Of a DNA stretch of 64,000 nt, positions 53,901-64,000 are shown in pieces. The DNA comes from Botryllus schlosseri (Eukaryota): positions 27,034,001 to 27,098,000 of the forward strand of contig CM119371.1 of NCBI GenBank assembly GCA_051294905.1. The letters run 5' to 3'. A program made the position numbers and the translations under genes. Each line of letters begins with the position of its first letter. The stretch's first letter is position 1. Below the pieces are notes generated by a model. It did no database searches and was not told the origin of the DNA. It saw nothing but the letters and a program-made list of their open reading frames with translations.

Positions 53901-55689
53901 TTGTATGTGATTGAATCCCTAACAATTAACCCACTATTCCAAAGAAATTTTACTCACTCGACAGATATGAAACAGCGTCACTTAATCGGTCTATCGTTTT
54001 TCTAAAGGTAAATCATATCCATCCAATAGAAAACAATTTTCACTAGCTTGGTAATGAAACCGAAGTCTCCATTCGATATTTTGTTTGTGTCAAATACTTT
54101 ACAATGAACACATTTGAGTGGTTGAGCTTTACATCATCAAGCTGTTATTTGTAAATCAAGATTTCGGTAAACTTGTAAATGTATCGTTTAACTAACCGAC
54201 ATTTAGTGATTGCTGAACATACCACTTCGAAATACTGCGTTGATCTCAATTCCCTTTATCCTGATAATCGAAGTACTTTTGTTTTGAATTCATAACAATC
54301 GGCTTTTCTATGACATGATAAATTATTGACAAGTTCTGCTTAGAAGATTGGTTGCATATCACGAAAAATAATATACCACACATATTATTACTGTTACTCC
54401 ATTCATCGGTATTTTTTCCGTTGTCGATTTTCAAACGAGTAAAATTTATTACTTGAGTTGCTCTGCTTACTATATTTAAATGTAAACTCGCCCGTCTTTC
54501 AACAACAAACAATGTTAAAAAAGTATGCAATCAAACACAACAAGTTTTACGATACTAATTATTATCCCACATAACCCATTTCTTACCGATGACATATGAA
54601 ATATATTCATGTTACACGAAAATATTCGCTCATGCTACAAACCTGTACAATGATTGGTGGTGCTTTCAAACTGTTTCGATACCTCAAGAACTTTATTGTC
54701 TGAATGGTTGTTCATGTATCGTAATAATCAAGTAGTTCAACACAGAACTAGTATTAACAGAAACACCAGAGTTGTTTACACAAAAGTTTGTATGTGTACA
54801 GTATACGAATACCATGTGTAAGTCCAGCACAATTGTGGTATCCATACGAGTTTAGTTAACACAATTTACGACACCGAGGTCGCGTCATCTTTCGTAAGAC
54901 AACAAACCAAGGCTTCAGGATATGTCCATGTCATAGCAATAAATCAGCTACTCCAACAACAGAGTGCATATGTTTTCTAGTTACGGTGCTTACATCTTAC
55001 ACACAAATCAATCTACTTTGCTAACGAAAAGTGGTGAGTCATCATATGGTTGTCCTCACAACTAAAACATACTATCATACAAAATGGTCGTTATAGTTTG
55101 CACACCAACGGTACATCGTACAAGTAACAAGTCTCGAGAATCCAGTTATTCAAAAAACGTGAAAGTATTTCTACACCAAGTCGTTATGTTGACGAAAGCG
55201 TATATTGTAATATCATGATCGATTTGCATTCGTTGGTCACAAACTGTCACTACTCTAAATAATTCTTTTTCACTCAAACACAAACGCATACTTGTCACCA
55301 TTCGTTTTCATCAAGCACGAGTTCAAGAAACTTACTTACTACGACATGAATTTTTATTTTTATGTTGTGTAAATAGGTAATAATTAATTCAAGTAACACT
55401 ATATCAACATCATCGAGTTGTGCGAATAGATTTACATATGATCTTGTGGTTTTAATCGAAGTATACAGCACGGTCTAACGTAGAGTCATCTCTGTTGTAC
55501 AGCTACTCGGTAATCGAAATGTATTAACATGTAAACAACGATCTTGTTTCGTCACACCAAAAATATGTTCACTGTCGCGATACTCCGCACAAGACGTGCA
55601 TAGCCTTTTCACACTCGTAATAGTATACCAACGTCAAGCGATAACGTTTAACAAGACCAACGACACTGAACCCACAACGTTTACCTATG

Positions 55690-56290
55690 TAAAATTACCA
55701 CTTTCACTTGCCAGTCCATCGTTTACCTGACTAAACATATTATTTTCCTTTCGAGATCTGACGTTTACCCAGAGTAAGAAACCATTTTCACTTGTAAATA
55801 TTTTTTTCCTCGGCTAACAAACCTTTTTTCACTTGGAAATATATTTTTTCTCTGGGTAACAAACCTTTTTCACTTGGAAATATATTTTTTCTCTGGTTAA
55901 CAAACCTTTTTCACTTGGAAATATATTTTTTCTCTGGTTAACAAACCTTTTTTCACTTGGAAATATCTTTTTTCTCTGGGCAACAAACCTTTTTTCACTT
56001 GGAAATATATTTTTTCCCCGGGTAACAAGCCTTTTTCCCTGAGCAACAAACCATTTTCACTTGGTGGTCCGTCGTTTTCCCGAGTAAAAATATCATTTTC
56101 CTTTGGAGATCCGGCGTTTACCCAGTGTAACAATACATTTTCACCTGGAAAAATACTTTTACCTAGAGTAACTAATCATTTTCTCCTGGGTAACAAACCC
56201 ATTTCGTCTGGAAACTATCATTTAACTGAGTACCAATACCGTTTTCACTTGGAAATACATTTTTTCCCTGGGTAACAATACCATTTTCGT
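55690..56290. repeat. Minisatellite of about 40-bp units (mirrored at about 58570-59170)
   Basis: GG(G/T)TAACAAACCTTTTTTCACTTGGAAATATATTTTTTCTCT core, homogeneous centrally and degenerate at the edges. Confidence 0.9.
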
Positions 56291-59200
56291 TTTGAAAACT
56301 GACAACCACACCGGCCAATTTGATATTTTTGTATATTGTTACAACGGACAGTGACAAAATATACACCAACAACGACTCCGATACATTTGTGTAATCGCAT
56401 ACTCACTTGCTCTGGCGCATCCCATCAAAATCGACGGTTAGCCACACACACACACAAACACAATAACAATGTGCTATTTCGATATGACTGCGATGTCCGG
56501 GTTCGTGCTTTAGATTTTCCAGAACCAATCCGTCTAAAGTTGTAATCCCCCACCTTTGTTAACTGGTTGATACACGGATAACAATCTTCGGAAAATGTAG
56601 GAACGCATACTACCCATCGTGCTAACGATTCCGGGTTACTTGCGATTGATTTCCTTGCTCACCCTATACAGATTATACGTACAGCGATATGTAGCGGTAA
56701 TCGGTTTGGTCAATACATATCACCCCATTCAGTATGGAATTACAAACCCAATACAGGTCAGTTCATAACCGGATCCGGATATTCAATGCAAAGCGATAAA
56801 GCAGAACCAATGACCAAATGTAATTAAACATGTAGATTCACAACCCTTGATTTTTTTTTCGTGAAAAATGACAATACATATCGAATATATATTTTACGAT
56901 GGTTCAATCCTACCAAGTATTCACGTAAATGTGGTTTATGACATTACATACAATGTATCAGTGTATCAATGTTGGGTGTTTATGCACACATCGGTATGAC
57001 CCATAGACAACATCATCATACCCTCCAGGACTTCGTTATTACATAGTGAGGTCAATAAAATCAATCGGAGGCATAGACGACAGAAGGCTTGGAGATCCAA
57101 TGTAAAATTCAGACAAACAAACGGATATATTTGTCCATCTTGGTTATTTACTCAACTACCATTGGTGCTCTCGATACAGCGAACGGTACAGTATGCAACG
57201 CATATCATTAGAGTGATATATCCAGAGGTAAATATGGGGCCTGGCCACAATAATTGTACGACGCCGACAAATCGATGCACGCAAGGTGTGGTTGATAATA
57301 ATTGTTTCATGTGTCAAAGAGACAGCACTCTCTCGTAAAGGTTAGCAGATCCCACAGAAACACACCTTGGATTACATTATCAAATCGATTTTAAACTTAA
57401 ACCGAATCACTGGTGTTGAGAGTAGTGATATCCGATTTTTCGAATATTCATATCGACTTAGTGAACGATCGGTAACGACACTTATCATAAACATTATGAA
57501 TATTAGTAATTCCAGTCGTATCTATCTTGTGTTGTTACAAGTTGCTAAAACCATCGAGTGAATCAGTGAACGGATAGTAATCTGGGTTAAATCTCGATAC
57601 AATTATTGTGGCCAGGCCCCATATTTACCTGTGGATATATCACTCTAATGATATGCGTTGCATACTGTACCGTTCGCTGTATCGAGAGCACCAATGGTAG
57701 TTGAGTAAATAACCAAGATGGACAAATATATCCGTTTGTTTGTCTGAATTTTACATTGGATCTCCAAGCCTTCTGTCGTCTATGCCTCCGATTGATTTTA
57801 TTGACCTCACTATGTAATAACGAAGTCCTGGAGGGTATGATGATGTTGTCTATGGGTCATACCGATGTGTGCATAAACACCCAACATTGATACACTGATA
57901 CATTGTATGTAATGTCATAAACCACATTTACGTGAATACTTGGTAGGATTGAACCATCGTAAAATATATATTCGATATGTATTGTCATTTTTCACGAAAA
58001 AAAAATCAAGGGTTGTGAATCTACATGTTTAATTACATTTGGTCATTGGTTCTGCTTTATCGCTTTGCATTGAATATCCGGATCCGGTTATGAACTGACC
58101 TGTATTGGGTTTGTAATTCCATACTGAATGGGGTGATATGTATTGACCAAACCGATTACCGCTACATATCGCTGTACGTATAATCTGTATAGGGTGAGCA
58201 AGGAAATCAATCGCAAGTAACCCGGAATCGTTAGCACGATGGGTAGTATGCGTTCCTACATTTTCCGAAGATTGTTATCCGTGTATCAACCAGTTAACAA
58301 AGGTGGGGGATTACAACTTTAGACGGATTGGTTCTGGAAAATCTAAAGCACGAACCCGGACATCGCAGTCATATCGAAATAGCACATTGTTATTGTGTTT
58401 GTGTGTGTGTGTGGCTAACCGTCGATTTTGATGGGATGCGCCAGAGCAAGTGAGTATGCGATTACACAAATGTATCGGAGTCGTTGTTGGTGTATATTTT
58501 GTCACTGTCCGTTGTAACAATATACAAAAATATCAAATTGGCCGGTGTGGTTGTCAGTTTTCAAAACGAAAATGGTATTGTTACCCAGGGAAAAAATGTA
58601 TTTCCAAGTGAAAACGGTATTGGTACTCAGTTAAATGATAGTTTCCAGACGAAATGGGTTTGTTACCCAGGAGAAAATGATTAGTTACTCTAGGTAAAAG
58701 TATTTTTCCAGGTGAAAATGTATTGTTACACTGGGTAAACGCCGGATCTCCAAAGGAAAATGATATTTTCACTCGGGAAAACGACGGACCACCAAGTGAA
58801 AATGGTTTGTTGCTCAGGGAAAAAGGCTTGTTACCCGGGGAAAAAATATATTTCCAAGTGAAAAAAGGTTTGTTGCCCAGAGAAAAAAGATATTTCCAAG
58901 TGAAAAAAGGTTTGTTAACCAGAGAAAAAATATATTTCCAAGTGAAAAAGGTTTGTTAACCAGAGAAAAAATATATTTCCAAGTGAAAAAGGTTTGTTAC
59001 CCAGAGAAAAAATATATTTCCAAGTGAAAAAAGGTTTGTTAGCCGAGGAAAAAAATATTTACAAGTGAAAATGGTTTCTTACTCTGGGTAAACGTCAGAT
59101 CTCGAAAGGAAAATAATATGTTTAGTCAGGTAAACGATGGACTGGCAAGTGAAAGTGGTAATTTTACATAGGTAAACGTTGTGGGTTCAGTGTCGTTGGT

Positions 59201-62200
59201 CTTGTTAAACGTTATCGCTTGACGTTGGTATACTATTACGAGTGTGAAAAGGCTATGCACGTCTTGTGCGGAGTATCGCGACAGTGAACATATTTTTGGT
59301 GTGACGAAACAAGATCGTTGTTTACATGTTAATACATTTCGATTACCGAGTAGCTGTACAACAGAGATGACTCTACGTTAGACCGTGCTGTATACTTCGA
59401 TTAAAACCACAAGATCATATGTAAATCTATTCGCACAACTCGATGATGTTGATATAGTGTTACTTGAATTAATTATTACCTATTTACACAACATAAAAAT
59501 AAAAATTCATGTCGTAGTAAGTAAGTTTCTTGAACTCGTGCTTGATGAAAACGAATGGTGACAAGTATGCGTTTGTGTTTGAGTGAAAAAGAATTATTTA
59601 GAGTAGTGACAGTTTGTGACCAACGAATGCAAATCGATCATGATATTACAATATACGCTTTCGTCAACATAACGACTTGGTGTAGAAATACTTTCACGTT
59701 TTTTGAATAACTGGATTCTCGAGACTTGTTACTTGTACGATGTACCGTTGGTGTGCAAACTATAACGACCATTTTGTATGATAGTATGTTTTAGTTGTGA
59801 GGACAACCATATGATGACTCACCACTTTTCGTTAGCAAAGTAGATTGATTTGTGTGTAAGATGTAAGCACCGTAACTAGAAAACATATGCACTCTGTTGT
59901 TGGAGTAGCTGATTTATTGCTATGACATGGACATATCCTGAAGCCTTGGTTTGTTGTCTTACGAAAGATGACGCGACCTCGGTGTCGTAAATTGTGTTAA
60001 CTAAACTCGTATGGATACCACAATTGTGCTGGACTTACACATGGTATTCGTATACTGTACACATACAAACTTTTGTGTAAACAACTCTGGTGTTTCTGTT
60101 AATACTAGTTCTGTGTTGAACTACTTGATTATTACGATACATGAACAACCATTCAGACAATAAAGTTCTTGAGGTATCGAAACAGTTTGAAAGCACCACC
60201 AATCATTGTACAGGTTTGTAGCATGAGCGAATATTTTCGTGTAACATGAATATATTTCATATGTCATCGGTAAGAAATGGGTTATGTGGGATAATAATTA
60301 GTATCGTAAAACTTGTTGTGTTTGATTGCATACTTTTTTAACATTGTTTGTTGTTGAAAGACGGGCGAGTTTACATTTAAATATAGTAAGCAGAGCAACT
60401 CAAGTAATAAATTTTACTCGTTTGAAAATCGACAACGGAAAAAATACCGATGAATGGAGTAACAGTAATAATATGTGTGGTATATTATTTTTCGTGATAT
60501 GCAACCAATCTTCTAAGCAGAACTTGTCAATAATTTATCATGTCATAGAAAAGCCGATTGTTATGAATTCAAAACAAAAGTACTTCGATTATCAGGATAA
60601 AGGGAATTGAGATCAACGCAGTATTTCGAAGTGGTATGTTCAGCAATCACTAAATGTCGGTTAGTTAAACGATACATTTACAAGTTTACCGAAATCTTGA
60701 TTTACAAATAACAGCTTGATGATGTAAAGCTCAACCACTCAAATGTGTTCATTGTAAAGTATTTGACACAAACAAAATATCGAATGGAGACTTCGGTTTC
60801 ATTACCAAGCTAGTGAAAATTGTTTTCTATTGGATGGATATGATTTACCTTTAGAAAAACGATAGACCGATTAAGTGACGCTGTTTCATATCTGTCGAGT
60901 GAGTAAAATTTCTTTGGAATAGTGGGTTAATTGTTAGGGATTCAATCACATACAAGTAACGTCTTTTAGTGGCAGAGTATTGTGATGACATTTACTTTAG
61001 ATAATAACAACGGAAAAATTTCCAATTTCTCTGATCCTGTGTGTGTGTGTGTTTTACAAATAATTCCAGCACACCTAACTATAGGACACATTTAGTAAAC
61101 ATCATGCAAATTGTTTCTTTGTGATGGTAACGACTTTCGGTGGCTTAGTTTCATGTCGGGAATTATTATTTGAGGGTTCAAAAACAATTTCAATCAATAC
61201 TACAAATGAACAACAATACAAAACACGTTTAGTGAATTACAGTGTAGCAAGTACTTTTTTGATATTACGAGTGTTGGGCACTAGACACTTCTAGTTGAAT
61301 TGGATGCATCTAACAAACATATCACAATTTACTTTTGTAATGATCAAAGTCTTAGAGTGTATAACCTCGCGATATTTCACATTTAGCACGCACAATGGGG
61401 AGTTACTGAAATGATTAAGAATTGATCGCCAGCTTCGAACGGTACTCGATACTCAAAGTGATATTTTCACACTCTGTAAAGTGCATATGTTTCAATTCTC
61501 TGTCACAAATTCCGACAATAAATCGTATCAATTGCTGGATTCAATAGTAACGATATTGTGATATACTGACTCTACACTTAGTCGTTCCAATTATCCCGTT
61601 GGGAATCGGGTTAATAAAGCATTTTGCATCGGTTGTTCAATGTATGAATACTGGAACTATTACATCTTTAGTCTTGGGTACTGGAAACAATTACATTTGT
61701 AAAATATTTTCTGATATCATAACTTTGAATATAACACCAGCGTTCGATTGTAAGAAATGAAGTCGCAACTACGTTGATCAGACTTTCAAATCTCGTATAT
61801 TCAAACATATGTTAATCTCAAGTTGCGCGCACCGAGTAGTAATTACTTTTGTCTTACAAAATATACCGAGTAGTAATTAGTTTGTCTTGCAGAATATACC
61901 GCGTAGTAATTCCTCTATATCTTACAGAATAGTAACGACTTTTCAAGTTGAATAAAAAAAAAAAGATGTGTAGGGATATGAATACAACCGAACTTGTTAT
62001 GGATTTTAGGTTTTAGTGATTGTATGGACTCGTGTATGTTTGGCTGTTTTTCGTACTGATACTGTTTGAGTTGGTCGGGTAACGGATTTACTTGACAATG
62101 TTTTCGTGGTTGACTCTTTGAATATCGTACGATGGTAAGATGTCAAGACGTAATACTATTTCCGTACACTCAATTACAACAAAACATAACCCGCATTCAA

Positions 62201-64000
62201 ATAATCCGTAAGCTACAAGTGGATTTAAAACTTGATGCTGTTTTGTGGTTAACTCAAGTCAGTAGTCATGTTTGTGTTGATTTCGGGAATGCTCATGACG
62301 AGTTGGTCGAGTTACCGAGTTGCTGACATTCAAATATCTATTACGCTGTAATATACGGATTTAATTGTGATAAATTATTTCTCAGTTATTGTTCAGACAT
62401 TCAAATCTCGTATACTCAAAATATAATATGTCCAAGTCAAAACGTATATGCACCGATTAGTAAATACTTTGTCTTCAGAATAGTAACAACCTTTACAATC
62501 GAATAAAAAAAGACCGAGCATACGAATACAACCAGGATGAATTAATTCAAATTCATGAGTTGCAGTGATATAATCAAGTAATTGAAAACTAGATTTTTAA
62601 CAATTGGTAATGTTGTGAATAATTCTTTTGAGTATGGTAAGATGTAAAAATATCTCTTTGACAAACGGAAAGCCAGACCGTGAATAGAGTTGTGATGTTT
62701 CATTACTTGTTTCAAATCAATGTGTGTATAATATCGAAACGGGACTGTGGGGGAAGTTGGTAGTCATGTTGTCAATCCTATTTCAATTCACACTATGTCA
62801 AAGTCCAAATATTTCATTTTGGATTATCTGGATTTAGCTTTAGTACACCCCGCGAATGGATTCCGACACCGTACTATAACGTTTTTGATAATAAGGACTC
62901 GAGGATTTTCAATCAACAATACTGGAATTTTTTGATAATGTTAGAGCTGGCAAATGATTAGTTGCGTGTTTTTGTTAAGAGTTTGATTTCGTGTTGATAA
63001 AGACAATAACTGTATAATACACATACTTGTGATTCTTGATTCTTGTAGAGTTATAATTGTATTGATTCTATAAGTGCGAAAACAGCGGCGCGGAATGTGC
63101 GAATAATTCGATGCGGCTGAAAGTCGGCGTCAGTAATATTCGGTTACGGTCGAATCAAAAGATTTCTCAAAATAATTAGAATTGTACCGAATTAACACAT
63201 TCAGATACGAATCAACTTGGTTTGTGCAGTAAGTTTCATTTCAAGTTGACAAATTGACACATTACTTGTATATTCACATGATTCTTATTATACAACTAAA
63301 GTCAACCACGTTCCGAAGTGTCAAAACATATAGCAAGCACCAGAAAGTGTCAAATTGTTGGTTTTCGAATCACCGTTTGCGACGGCTCTGTGACAAACTA
63401 ATTACCGAAATATTACCTTGTGAGCGATCGGTATGTCTTTAACACCAAGTCACTAAAATGGTTATGCCCGAGACATTATCTTGTCAGCGATCGCGGGGTT
63501 TTGCAAACTATTTCACACATTTTTGAAGTGTTAGTTTGTGAACGCGGTTATTTGTTGATCGCTTTTCGTGTCGCTGCTGAATACTGAATACTCCTGAATG
63601 TAATAGTGCTGACTGGATTAGTGTAATAATCGATAGTAGCACGCGGCTGGCCGTGAAACAATTCCACACACAGGTCATTCGAAATATAGGTCGCACTGCT
63701 TAATCCTCACAACAAGCCGCGTTTCCGTTTGTGCGGCACGATATACACATTAACAAAGATTCATTCACATGACTATTTACTTGATACATATTCAACACCG
63801 GTCGAGAGATGTATATACCCGAAAGTACGAATCACCGCCACACCCATAAGAACGCATGGCGAATCACCAACACAACCTATACGCGAAAGCACGACATGCG
63901 AAAGTACGATGTGCGAGAGATGTCAATACCCGAAAGGGCGATGTGCCACCACGAGTTTTCCATGCGATGTGCGAGAGATGCCAATACCCGAAAGGGCGAT

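Larger units (their letters stand above)
50649..64000. mobile_element. Giant palindromic (foldback) element with Polinton/Maverick-like AGTAGT terminus; right end beyond the window
   Basis: 50855-57258 is the reverse complement of 57598-64000 (mirrored ORF pairs sum to 114855/114856); 339-bp spacer; left boundary inferred at AGTAGTATAGTAG 50649; palindrome certain, Polinton affinity tentative. Confidence 0.75.

Noticed and set aside
55690..56290. Regular repeat of about 40 bp considered as a CRISPR-like array
   Set aside because: Units are head-to-tail with no unique spacers, no cas genes, eukaryotic context; it is a minisatellite, and ORFs 55897-56133 and 58723-58959 are repeat translations.
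56672..56827. Short frame with VWNYKPNTGQF, reminiscent of a beta-trefoil repeat
   Set aside because: About 50 codons, no supporting neighbouring exons; compatible with chance.

Overview
Eukaryotic (invertebrate, plausibly ascidian-like; inference only) genomic DNA with tiny introns and a very high DNA-transposon load. The host content is a cluster of five paralogous, multi-exon genes for secreted proteins (signal peptide + short-exon stalk + C-terminal atypical C-type lectin domain; three on minus, two on plus, the fifth incomplete) and one elongator tRNA-Met gene. A 12.55-kb EnSpm/CACTA(G) transposon (16196-28748; 14-bp TIRs, TA duplication, transposase with two in-frame stops, spliced accessory gene) sits inside one arm of a foldback element, and the other arm preserves the empty site. 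There are also many hAT-, Kolobok- and TA-type MITEs and a decayed Chapaev3-like element. The most striking structure is a giant, near-perfect palindrome: arms of at least 6.4 kb around a 339-bp spacer centred near 57428. It begins with an AGTAGT Polinton/Maverick-like terminus at 50649, inside intron 2 of the fifth lectin-like gene, and runs off the right edge of the window. All comparisons were made by eye; no database searches were possible.
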